Shown here in pieces: positions 10,523 through 18,793 of a stretch of 46,744 bases of DNA. Within the stretch, counting starts at the first letter, position 1. Each line of letters begins with the position of its first letter. Location: IMG/VR virus record IMGVR_UViG_3300032295_004435, positions 1 to 46,744 of that record; one strand, written 5' to 3'. The position numbers were made by a program, and so were the translations under genes. The notes under the pieces are model-generated. The model was not told the DNA's origin. It ran no database searches and worked only from the letters and a program-made list of their open reading frames with translations. This stretch comes from a virus (lineage: Duplodnaviria > Caudoviricetes).

Positions 10523-11086
10523 ATGATTGAAAAACTAAAGATTGACTTAAAATATTCAAATGAACAGGAAATTGAAGAATGTAGGGTAATTGCGTATGAT
10601 GCGTCGCACGTTAACAAGGTATTTACAAAAATAACCAATTCGTATAGTATCCAGGATGGTCGCGTAAAAATAGAATTAGATGTTAATTTGACATACGATA
10701 TTGGGCGAGCTGTTGTTTGGTTTTTGCATCCTGATAAAAAGTGGTCTCGCGTTGGGGCGTATGTTGATTTATTAATTGATGAAGAAGACGCAAAACTTGT
10801 AGCTCTAATTACCGATGATCCTGTGCTTAAAGAAAAAACTCTAGAGGGCTTTAATATAAATAATATGAATTTAATTCATGCTTCAGAAACTAAAATAGAT
10901 AAAAATATAACCAAATTTGCTTCAGGAGAAGTATTTAAACAAAGAATGGAGATATGCGGCAAATGCGAATTCTGGAATGGTTCTGGATTTGGCGGAACTG
11001 GAAAATGCGAAAAATGCGGATGCTCTTCTCAGGGAAGACTTAGAATGGCGGAAACCAAATGTCCGCTTGATCCGCCAAAATGGTAA
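10523..11086 (+). CDS. Hypothetical protein with C-terminal Cys-rich (zinc-binding) domain
   Basis: RMEICGKCEF...KCEKCGC...KCPLDPPKW, a Cys pattern common in small phage proteins. Confidence 0.7.
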   Translation: MIEKLKIDLKYSNEQEIEECRVIAYDASHVNKVFTKITNSYSIQDGRVKIELDVNLTYDIGRAVVWFLHPDKKWSRVGAYVDLLIDEEDAKLVALITDDPVLKEKTLEGFNINNMNLIHASETKIDKNITKFASGEVFKQRMEICGKCEFWNGSGFGGTGKCEKCGCSSQGRLRMAETKCPLDPPKW

Positions 11087-11157
11087 TGTTAAAAATACCA
11101 AAAAGTACAATATAAAGTTAAATAAAGTTGATCTAAGGCTATTATAATGTAAATATT

Positions 11158-12426
11158 TTATAAATTTATTTGTATTTTATTACACCACCCTTTGGATTCG
11201 GAATGTGGCCAAACAACCCAATAAGATGGTTTTTCTTCAGTATTGAATTCTCTCCAAATTTTGCAATATTTATCTGGATCATTCATTAATTTATGAATTT
11301 CGCTTTTATCTGCGTCTTTTCTATATAATTCTTTTCCATCTGTCCCGTGGAATGCTACCGCCCAAAAATCATAATCTTTTTCGGGAACGTCTTTGTATGA
11401 TACGTCTATGCAATGTTTGAATATTTTCAAGAATGAATTATTGAATTCTTCATCAGATTCGTATTGCGTATTAGGAGGATTTTTGTGATCTATTGTTTCT
11501 TTTTGAACGGCTCGCTTTTTAAAAGATATTCCGGCGTATTTTTCGTAATCTAAAAGGGTTCTTTCTTTTCCAAATCCGTAAATGCCAAAATCTATATCTT
11601 GAACCTCGTTATCCATTCCAAATAATTTGCGATTGCGCCTGTGACAGTTTTCGTTTTTTTTGCCCCATTCTTTGTCGTCATCCCAATGTTTGGTTCTCCC
11701 TTTTCTGGTATACTCGTGCCAAGCGATGATTTTATGAGGATGAAACAAATCGTACCCCCATGTGAATGCTCTAACTGCTATTGAAATTTCCTCTCCATGA
11801 AAATAATACTCTGGATCATGTGGAACTTCTTTACAAAATATTCCATCAGTAAAACAAAAATGGGCAGAATAAAAACGAGCCGGAATTGGTTCTTTTAAAT
11901 TTTCAAAATTTGGTATTGAAGCTGGTAAAAAGAAAATAGCCCCCTCTGGAATAAATCTATCAAAATTCATCTGCCACGGAACTTTTCCTCTTGCGGCTGG
12001 ATCATTATCTGGATCAAAACTTGATATATAACTGGTTAAAAGAGGCTTTTTATGACCCTTGGCTCTTAGCGCTTCAAGCATATTTATCAACTCCTCGTCC
12101 CAATTTTCAATAAATCTATGATGACTGTCTAGTTGAAGGGTATATGTTTCGTTTTGATATAATTCTTGTATTTTATTTCTAGCCCAGCATGCTCCTTTCG
12201 ATTCATGATAAGGAATATCAATTATTCTGAATCTGGAATCATTTTTATATTTATCTATATTTTCGTCTTCTCCGCGTTGCCACGCTATTCCAAATCTTAA
12301 ATTTTCTGGATATTTAGCTTTACTAATGCAGTCGTCCAATGTTGGAATTAATTGGTGGTCTCTATATGATGCTATTTGAATAAAAATCACGTGTTTTTTA
12401 TTTTTTATTTTTGCGCTTTTTCCCAC
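11158..12426 (-). CDS. GT60 / Gnt1-like UDP-GlcNAc:hydroxyproline GlcNAc-transferase
   Basis: IFIQIASYRD, GACWAR, LQLDSHHRF (DSH), YFHGEEISIAVRAFTWGYD motifs; extra C-terminal domain. Confidence 0.85.
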   Translation of the reverse strand: MGKSAKIKNKKHVIFIQIASYRDHQLIPTLDDCISKAKYPENLRFGIAWQRGEDENIDKYKNDSRFRIIDIPYHESKGACWARNKIQELYQNETYTLQLDSHHRFIENWDEELINMLEALRAKGHKKPLLTSYISSFDPDNDPAARGKVPWQMNFDRFIPEGAIFFLPASIPNFENLKEPIPARFYSAHFCFTDGIFCKEVPHDPEYYFHGEEISIAVRAFTWGYDLFHPHKIIAWHEYTRKGRTKHWDDDKEWGKKNENCHRRNRKLFGMDNEVQDIDFGIYGFGKERTLLDYEKYAGISFKKRAVQKETIDHKNPPNTQYESDEEFNNSFLKIFKHCIDVSYKDVPEKDYDFWAVAFHGTDGKELYRKDADKSEIHKLMNDPDKYCKIWREFNTEEKPSYWVVWPHSESKGWCNKIQINL

Positions 12427-12941
12427 GCTTTTTGATCTGGTCTATCTTTAGATCCTGGTTTGGCGGGTTTATAATTTTTACCCATTCTTTTCTTTTTATC
12501 TCTGATATTGTCCCACAAGCCTCTTCTTTTTGCGGCTTCTGCCTCTTCCATTTCTTCCGGCGGTTCTTGGCTAAATATCACGTAGTTGTGGATGGTTGAA
12601 ACATAATCTTCCGCGAGTGCCGCCATTTGTTGTAAAAACGGCTCTGATAGATTTTCTACAACAGATTCGTTTGACAGGTTGTTTAGTATATTGTCAGCAT
12701 GGGTTTTTATAGCGTTGATAGAGCCAATTACCATCTCGGAAAGATCTTCTTTTAAGTCCATTAGTTCTTGTTCTGGAGTTTCATCTTCGGATGATTTGGC
12801 AATATTTTCTTTTTTATTGAAAGATACTACAAATGTGTCAATTCCGTTTTCTTTTGTTTTTGAGAAGTTCTTATTCATGATTTCAATTAGTGTATTTAAA
12901 TTTGTATCCCTTGATGTGTTTTCTTTTTCCATTTTTACCAA
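12405..12941 (-). CDS. Hypothetical phage protein, acidic core with basic C-terminal motif
   Basis: C-terminal GLWDNIRDKKKRMGKNYKPAKPGSKDRP motif; overlaps both neighbours in an operon-like way. Confidence 0.7.
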   Translation of the reverse strand: MVKMEKENTSRDTNLNTLIEIMNKNFSKTKENGIDTFVVSFNKKENIAKSSEDETPEQELMDLKEDLSEMVIGSINAIKTHADNILNNLSNESVVENLSEPFLQQMAALAEDYVSTIHNYVIFSQEPPEEMEEAEAAKRRGLWDNIRDKKKRMGKNYKPAKPGSKDRPDQKAWEKAQK

Positions 12942-13552
12942 CTTTTACAAGCCCAATACCTTGGCGTTGTTTTATCTGTTGCCTGATCGCATTTATGACG
13001 AGCCCGAAAACTTTTTCTTCTTGCTGGAATATTCTTCTTGATCGACATATTTTTATCACCGAATCTTACAATGATAACTTTTCCACTTTGATTTTTTACA
13101 TATACAGCAGATTTTTTTGGACCATCTGGGGTTCTAAATGGTTTATTTAGTGTGACTTTTCTTCCCTGATATTCTGCAGCATTTACAATTTCAATATTAA
13201 AATATTTATCTACATTGAGTTCAGTAAATTCGGATTTTTCGAGATCAATTTCTTCAGCGCTAAGATATTCTTCAGTGGTTGGAATATATAAATTTTCCAA
13301 TGTAAGTATTTCTTCGATTGCTTTAACGGTCTCGTCGCACTCTGGACACTCCGACTCTGCGAAAACCAAAAACTCATCGTCGTTCAACTCAACAGAAGCG
13401 GAAGCGTCTTTTTTAGCCTTGTCCCAAAGAGAATAACAAACGGCAATTCTCTGCTTCTGATCTGGAAAGTCTTTTCCCGTTTGTGTATCTCCAATACAGC
13501 GAGATACAAAATCAGATTTCTTTTCTTTGTTTTTAGGTTTTGGGAGCGGCAT
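12935..13552 (-). CDS. Conserved phage protein with basic C-terminal domain (DUF6321-like)
   Basis: N-terminal MPLPKP..E..DFVSRC; C-terminal AEYQGRKVTLNKPFR...VRFGD...RRKSFRARHKC...YWACKSW. Confidence 0.7.
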   Translation of the reverse strand: MPLPKPKNKEKKSDFVSRCIGDTQTGKDFPDQKQRIAVCYSLWDKAKKDASASVELNDDEFLVFAESECPECDETVKAIEEILTLENLYIPTTEEYLSAEEIDLEKSEFTELNVDKYFNIEIVNAAEYQGRKVTLNKPFRTPDGPKKSAVYVKNQSGKVIIVRFGDKNMSIKKNIPARRKSFRARHKCDQATDKTTPRYWACKSW

Positions 13553-13587
13553 AATTTTATATTTATTTGATTTTTTAGTGATTTAAA

Positions 13588-13593
13588 TTACAC
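13588..13593 (-). promoter_or_regulatory. GTGTAA motif (minus strand), candidate phage-specific promoter
   Basis: TTACAC on +, reading AGTGTAATTTAAA on -, about 35 nt upstream of the ATG at 13552. Confidence 0.5.
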
Positions 13594-13599
13594 TCATAC

Positions 13600-13998
13600 T
13601 CAAGAAAATACACTTTTTTTGATTGAAAAAAGAATATAGTAAGTAATAATGGAAAATAAAAAACATGGGAAAATCAACACTACAGACTTTGTAATAAAAA
13701 GTACAGATAAAATTGATAATAGGCAGCTGAGACATATAAAACAAGTGATAAGTCTTGAAAGAAAGCCAATTGTATTATTTTTTACTCCATAAACTGAACC
13801 TATAAACATTATATAGTTTTCAAATCCGCTAGAATTTTCATAAGTATCAAATTTTAATAGTTTTCCTATTTCTTGAAAATTTATTAGTCTTAAAAATAAT
13901 GATGCATATTCATATAGGAAATTAGTTTGCTGTATCAAAAATACAATGCATCCCACAGAGATTGGTAAAGAAGCTGAATAGATATATATATTTTCCAT
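13600..13998 (-). CDS. Membrane protein with CxxC motif
   Basis: Three hydrophobic segments; LITCFICLS. Confidence 0.65.
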   Translation of the reverse strand: MENIYIYSASLPISVGCIVFLIQQTNFLYEYASLFLRLINFQEIGKLLKFDTYENSSGFENYIMFIGSVYGVKNNTIGFLSRLITCFICLSCLLSILSVLFITKSVVLIFPCFLFSIITYYILFSIKKSVFS

Positions 13999-14039
13999 TT
14001 TGTATTATATCTCATTTTGTTATTTTTTAAAAATAAACC

Positions 14040-14068
14040 TTGACACGGGCCCTAAAATCTATTATAAT
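14040..14068 (+). promoter_or_regulatory. Perfect consensus sigma70 promoter
   Basis: TTGACA (14040-45), 17 nt, TATAAT (14063-68). Confidence 0.85.
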
Positions 14069-14077
14069 AACGTCTTC

Positions 14078-14116
14078 AACCGTGCCAAACGGTTCATCCT
14101 TTTCTTCTTTTTTTTT
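14078..14116 (+). terminator. Possible intrinsic terminator/attenuator just after the promoter
   Basis: Stem AACCGT/ACGGTT with 5-nt loop, followed by a pyrimidine tract ending in T9. Confidence 0.35.
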
Positions 14117-14280
14117 AAAAAAAACTAGCGAGCGCAGCGAAGCTCGGATTTTTCATTGAACTATGTTTCGCTTTTGGATAACTTAAAAATACGAAATCAC
14201 GAAATGTAAATGGAGCTTCCATATGGAAACGTAAAAAATAAACACGCCGCAGTATGGCCGTAAAAAATTAATAATTTTAT

Positions 14281-14309
14281 TTGACTCGTTTTTAAAAAAA
14301 CGCTATGCA
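14281..14309 (+). promoter_or_regulatory. Sigma70-like promoter with palindromic spacer
   Basis: TTGACT, 17 nt, TATGCA (weak -10); the spacer holds the inverted repeat CGTTTTT-AA-AAAAACG. Confidence 0.45.
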
Positions 14310-14315
14310 TGCTTA

Positions 14316-14921
14316 ATGCAAGAATTAAAAACAAAAACAGTTATTGGCATTTCTGGATATGCTAGATCTGGTAAGGACACTCTGGCGTCAATAATTAGAG
14401 ATTCCTTAACCGACAAAGGAGTAAGGGCAAAAATTTTTTCTTTCGCCTACGCTCTCAAAAAAGACATTGATGATTTTTGTTTGTCAAAAATTGGAATATC
14501 TTCATTTTCAGAAGTCACGGAAACGAAGTCAAAAATTAGACCGATTTTAATTGCATATGGTCAGGTACAGCGCAATATTTCTAGCGGAACTTACTGGCTT
14601 AATAAGCTAAAACCAGAAATCGATACTTTTTTTGAAAACGGGGGCGCAGTCGCTATAATTTCAGATTTGAGATTCAAGGAATACGAATTTGACGAGGTAG
14701 ATTTTATAAGATCATATAAAAACAATATGGTTATTACTGTTTCTAGAATAATGGAAAATGGCATTCTTAATACGGCGGCACACGAATCAGAATCAGAAAA
14801 CCTTCCAAGAATATCAAGGGTTGCCGATTATGAGCTGACTTGGAATACAAATGGAAACAAAAATGAATTAAAAAATCAAAGCCAAAAATGTCTTGATCTA
14901 TTATATTCTAAATTAATATGA
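14316..14921 (+). CDS. Deoxynucleoside monophosphate kinase (T4 gp1-like)
   Basis: GISGYARSGKDT P-loop, SFAYALK, RPIL..YG, ISDLRFxxxE, HESE. Confidence 0.85.
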   Translation: MQELKTKTVIGISGYARSGKDTLASIIRDSLTDKGVRAKIFSFAYALKKDIDDFCLSKIGISSFSEVTETKSKIRPILIAYGQVQRNISSGTYWLNKLKPEIDTFFENGGAVAIISDLRFKEYEFDEVDFIRSYKNNMVITVSRIMENGILNTAAHESESENLPRISRVADYELTWNTNGNKNELKNQSQKCLDLLYSKLI

Positions 14922-15544
14922 ATACACAATTAAGCGAATTAGAAGAAGACTTGTCTTTAATAAATCTAGCTAAAGATGGAGACAATAATTCTATACAAAA
15001 ATTAATAGACAAACATAGCGGAATATGCGTTGATGTTTATAAAAAATACATAAACCTTCCGAATGTTTCTGGATTTGTTTCAGATGATATAATTTCAAGT
15101 AAAGATTACATTATCTATAATTCTGCGAAAACCTACGATCCAAGCCGTGGTAGTAAATTTTCTACATGGCTGGCAAATCAAACAAAGTATTATTGTTTAA
15201 ATTCAATAAATAAATATGGAAAATTAATCCCGACTGATGATTCGATACTTTTTAATTCGATCGAAAGCTCAAATTTGACAAGCTCTGATTCTGAAAAAGT
15301 AAACGATACAAAAAGCGCAATTATAGAAATTATTAAAGAAACATTAGGCTCGCTATCTAATAAAAAAATAAAAAAATGCATAGAAATAAAATATTTTTCA
15401 AACGATGAAAATAGGAAGACTTACACGGATGTTGCTTCAGAAATGAATGTTACCGTACAAACCGTGATAAACTGGCATAATAAATTTATTAAAATGGTTA
15501 AACAAAAATGCAAAAATAAAAAAATAATATTTGACTTGAACTAA
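14918..15544 (+). CDS. Phage-encoded sigma70-family RNA polymerase sigma factor
   Basis: Region 2 (AKDGD..SIQKLI; YDPSRGSKFSTWL) and region 4 HTH (KTYTDVASEMNVTVQTV). Confidence 0.85.
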   Translation: MNTQLSELEEDLSLINLAKDGDNNSIQKLIDKHSGICVDVYKKYINLPNVSGFVSDDIISSKDYIIYNSAKTYDPSRGSKFSTWLANQTKYYCLNSINKYGKLIPTDDSILFNSIESSNLTSSDSEKVNDTKSAIIEIIKETLGSLSNKKIKKCIEIKYFSNDENRKTYTDVASEMNVTVQTVINWHNKFIKMVKQKCKNKKIIFDLN

Positions 15545-15558
15545 AATTTACTTATATT
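15531..15558 (+). promoter_or_regulatory. Sigma70-like promoter
   Basis: TTGACT, 16 nt, TATATT upstream of 15581. Confidence 0.5.
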
Positions 15559-15580
15559 AACATTCTAACATATAATAAAA

Positions 15581-15892
15581 ATGAACAACGATACACAAAC
15601 GAGTAATACGCAAAACAAAAATTCAAGAGATCTCGAAAGGGGCGCTCTTTGGCTTAAGAAATCAAAAGCCGGGGCTGATTTTCTTTCTGGATACGTTGTT
15701 GATGAAAATAAAAACAGAATCAACGTAGTTGTATTTAAGAATAATTACAAAAAGCCAGGCGAGTCTTCTCCTGATTATAGGATTTATCTTTCCGAATCTC
15801 CAGCTTCCCAACAAACGAAGCAAACAAATGCAGAAACAAAAGAAGACACGACTGAAAATCAACAGGATTCAACTGACGATATTCCATTTTAA
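15581..15892 (+). CDS. DUF736-like / SSB-like protein with acidic DDIPF tail
   Basis: GALW.K......FLSG...SPDYRI core; disordered linker; C-terminal DDIPF like the bacterial SSB tail. Confidence 0.65.
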   Translation: MNNDTQTSNTQNKNSRDLERGALWLKKSKAGADFLSGYVVDENKNRINVVVFKNNYKKPGESSPDYRIYLSESPASQQTKQTNAETKEDTTENQQDSTDDIPF

Positions 15893-15897
15893 TAAAA

Positions 15898-16992
15898 ATG
15901 CTAAATTTTAATCTAGAAGTTCCGATTAATAATCTTTCTTTTGGAAATTGTTCTATAAATTTTTTAAAAGAACTCTTTAAAAAGAAAATTAACCCCACCA
16001 TCTCACCAATAGGTGATAAGGCTGATTTTTCAGCTTTTGATGGGACTATTAGTTCGGAATTTTTAGATTGGATTAAAAGCAACACCTCTCTTCTTCAAAA
16101 GAGGCATAATAGAGAAAACCCAACATTTAAACTTTGGCATATAAATGGTTCCCTGGCTTCATTATCAAGAGATCAATTTTTATTTTCATTCTATGAATTA
16201 GATAATCCTACTAGTACGGAAATCAATATTGTTAATAATCAAAAAAAATTAATTGTATCTTCAAAATATGCAAAAAATATATTTGAACAATATGGATGCA
16301 GCAATATTGAATATTGCCCACTTGGTTTCGATTCCGAGTCGTTTTTCAAAAAAGAAATAAAAAATAAAGGTGATAAGATTATTTTTGGACTAGCGGGAAA
16401 ACTTGAAAAAAGAAAACAACATCACAAGGTATTGTCTGCGTGGGTCAAAAAATATGGAAATAATCCGAAATACATGCTCAATTGCGCTATTAGGAATCCA
16501 TTCTTAACCCAGGAGCAAGAGTCTTCTGCTATTAATAATATTTTTGGCGGTGTAAATTATTTCAATGTTAATTTTTTAGACTTTATGCCGTCTAATGCTA
16601 TTTATAATGATTATTTAAATAGTAACGATATAATAATAGGAATGTCTGCTGGAGAAGGGTGGGGGCTACCGGAATTTCAAAGTTTGTGCCTTGGCAAGCA
16701 TGCGGTAATTTTGAATGCTCATGTTTATAAGGACTGGGCTAATTCAGATAATTCTGTTTTAGTCAATCCGTCGGGCAAAATACCATGTTATGATGGCGTT
16801 TTCTTTAGAGAAGGAATGGAATTTAATCAGGGTTCATATTTCGATTGGAATGAAGACGAATTTATAGCAGCGTGTGAAGAGTCAGAAAAAAGATTTGAAA
16901 AAAATAAAAATAACGAAGCTGGAGAAAAATTGTCAAAAATTTTTACTTGGGAAAAAACAACTGACAATATTTTAAATATTCTAAATAGCTAA
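15898..16992 (+). CDS. Glycosyltransferase family 4 (GT-B)
   Basis: GKLEKRK, SAGEGWGLPEFQS (EGFGLP-like), FTWEK. Confidence 0.8.
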   Translation: MLNFNLEVPINNLSFGNCSINFLKELFKKKINPTISPIGDKADFSAFDGTISSEFLDWIKSNTSLLQKRHNRENPTFKLWHINGSLASLSRDQFLFSFYELDNPTSTEINIVNNQKKLIVSSKYAKNIFEQYGCSNIEYCPLGFDSESFFKKEIKNKGDKIIFGLAGKLEKRKQHHKVLSAWVKKYGNNPKYMLNCAIRNPFLTQEQESSAINNIFGGVNYFNVNFLDFMPSNAIYNDYLNSNDIIIGMSAGEGWGLPEFQSLCLGKHAVILNAHVYKDWANSDNSVLVNPSGKIPCYDGVFFREGMEFNQGSYFDWNEDEFIAACEESEKRFEKNKNNEAGEKLSKIFTWEKTTDNILNILNS

Positions 16993-17390
16993 TGCCAATA
17001 TATAGTTTCCAAAATCCAGAAACTGGAGAAGTAATTGACGTATTTCAAAGCATGAATGAAAAGCACGAATTCTTTAATGAAGTCGGGTTAGAATATAAAA
17101 GAGTTTATTATTCTCCTAATATGTCAATTGATTCTCAAATTGACGCCTTTTCATCAAAAGATTTTGCAGAAAAAACTAGAAACAAAAAAGGCACAATAGG
17201 AGATCTGCTGAATAAGAGCAAAGAACTTAGCGAGAAAAGAGGCGGGCAAAACAACGATCCAGTTTTAAGGGATTTTTACTCCTCCTATCAGAAGGATAAT
17301 GGCGTCAAACACTCCAGTCAAATAAAGTCAGAAAAATTAGAGAACGCAAATAACAAATTAAAAAAATTTGGTATTTCTATTCAAGAATAA
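16992..17390 (+). CDS. FmdB-like (Cys-less zinc-ribbon) phage protein
   Basis: MPIYSFQNPETGE N-terminus. Confidence 0.55.
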   Translation: MPIYSFQNPETGEVIDVFQSMNEKHEFFNEVGLEYKRVYYSPNMSIDSQIDAFSSKDFAEKTRNKKGTIGDLLNKSKELSEKRGGQNNDPVLRDFYSSYQKDNGVKHSSQIKSEKLENANNKLKKFGISIQE

Positions 17391-17446
17391 TCCGTACACT
17401 ATCAAAAAGGATTATTTTAATTTATATTAAATCTAATATTATTTCT

Positions 17447-17475
17447 TTGACCCAAAAAGAAAATTGTTGTAATTT
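17447..17475 (+). promoter_or_regulatory. Sigma70-like promoter for the nrd operon
   Basis: TTGACC, 17 nt, TAATTT. Confidence 0.5.
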
Positions 17476-17497
17476 ATTACTCAACAATAATACTATT

Positions 17498-18469
17498 ATG
17501 ATTTTTGAAGAACAGATTTCTAGGAAACCGAATTTATATCCATGGACTGAAAAGTTCATAGAAAGTATGCATAACGGATTTTGGACTGATAAGGAATTTT
17601 CATTTAAGTCTGATGTTCAGCAATTCAAAATAAATCTAACAGAGCAAGAAAAGGAAATAATTATACGAACTCTATCTGCCATTGGGCAGATAGAAATTGC
17701 CGTAAAAACCTTTTGGGCAAAACTTGGCGAAAATCTTCCGCATCCAGCTCTGCAGGATCTTGGATATGTTATGGCGAATACAGAAGTTATTCATAATAAC
17801 GCCTATGAGCGATTAATATCAACGCTTGGTCTGGAAGATATTTTCGAAAAAAATTTAAAACTTGATTGGATTCAAGGAAGAGTTAAGTATCTTAAAAAAT
17901 ATACTCATCGCTATTATAAAGATTCAAAGAAGCAGTATGTTTATGCTTTGACTCTTTTCACATTATTTGTTGAAAATGTTTCGTTATTTTCTCAATTTTA
18001 CGTGATTAATTGGTTTGCCCGTTTTAAAAACGTTCTTAAAGATACGGATCAACAAGTAAAATACACGCGCAACGAAGAAAACATTCATGCTCTGGTAGGA
18101 GCCAAAATAATCAATACAATTCGAGAAGAATATCCAGATCTCTTCGATGACGAATTCGTTGGAAAAGTTCTTTCAGAAGCGAAAGAAGCATACGAGTCGG
18201 AAGCAAAAATTATTGACTGGATGGTTAATGGAATAAAAGAAGAGGGTCTTGACGCTACCATTCTAAAAGAATTTGTTAAAAATAGAATAAATGAATCCTT
18301 AAAAATGATTGGTTTCCCAACCGCTTTTGATGTTAATAAAGATATTATTTCTTCTACAATGTGGTTTGAAGAAGAGTTACTTGGAAACAATATGACCGAT
18401 TTCTTTCATTCAAGACCCGTAGAATATTCAAAAAAGAGCCAATCATTTTCTGAAGACGATCTATTTTAA
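17498..18469 (+). CDS. nrdB: Ribonucleotide reductase beta subunit, class Id-like
   Basis: Ferritin-like ligands QIEIAVK, TEVIHNNAY, VENVSLFSQF, EENIH. Start moved to ATG 17498 because the TTG at 17447 is the -35 box. Confidence 0.93.
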   Translation: MIFEEQISRKPNLYPWTEKFIESMHNGFWTDKEFSFKSDVQQFKINLTEQEKEIIIRTLSAIGQIEIAVKTFWAKLGENLPHPALQDLGYVMANTEVIHNNAYERLISTLGLEDIFEKNLKLDWIQGRVKYLKKYTHRYYKDSKKQYVYALTLFTLFVENVSLFSQFYVINWFARFKNVLKDTDQQVKYTRNEENIHALVGAKIINTIREEYPDLFDDEFVGKVLSEAKEAYESEAKIIDWMVNGIKEEGLDATILKEFVKNRINESLKMIGFPTAFDVNKDIISSTMWFEEELLGNNMTDFFHSRPVEYSKKSQSFSEDDLF

Positions 18470-18472
18470 AAT

Positions 18473-18793
18473 ATGACAAAAACACTAGAAATAAACGACA
18501 GTAATTTTGAATCCTCAATTAATCAATACGATAATTTACTTATAGACTTTCATGCAAAGTGGTGCGGGCCATGTAAAATGATTTCTCCTATTTTAGATCA
18601 AATATCTAGTGAAGAGCATGGAAAAACAAAGATTGCCAAAGTCGATATTGACGAAGCTCCATTTTTTACCCAATTAATGAGAGTCAGAAACGTTCCATCT
18701 ATTTTTTATTTTAAAAATGGCAAAGCAGTAAGCAAATTTTCAACTCATCCGAGTAAAAATAATATTATTAATTTTATTAAAAATAATGAATAA
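18473..18793 (+). CDS. trxA: Thioredoxin
   Basis: DFHAKWCGPCK and cis-Pro VP motif. Confidence 0.95.
   Translation: MTKTLEINDSNFESSINQYDNLLIDFHAKWCGPCKMISPILDQISSEEHGKTKIAKVDIDEAPFFTQLMRVRNVPSIFYFKNGKAVSKFSTHPSKNNIINFIKNNE

Noticed and set aside
11087-11157. Bidirectional terminator between convergent genes
   Set aside because: No convincing GC-rich hairpin in the gap
17447-17497. Extended N-termini given by the ORF track (nrdB 17447; also 23693, 24646, 31764, 33669, 43129)
   Set aside because: They use non-ATG starts that overlap upstream genes or promoters; downstream ATGs match family N-termini and gene packing
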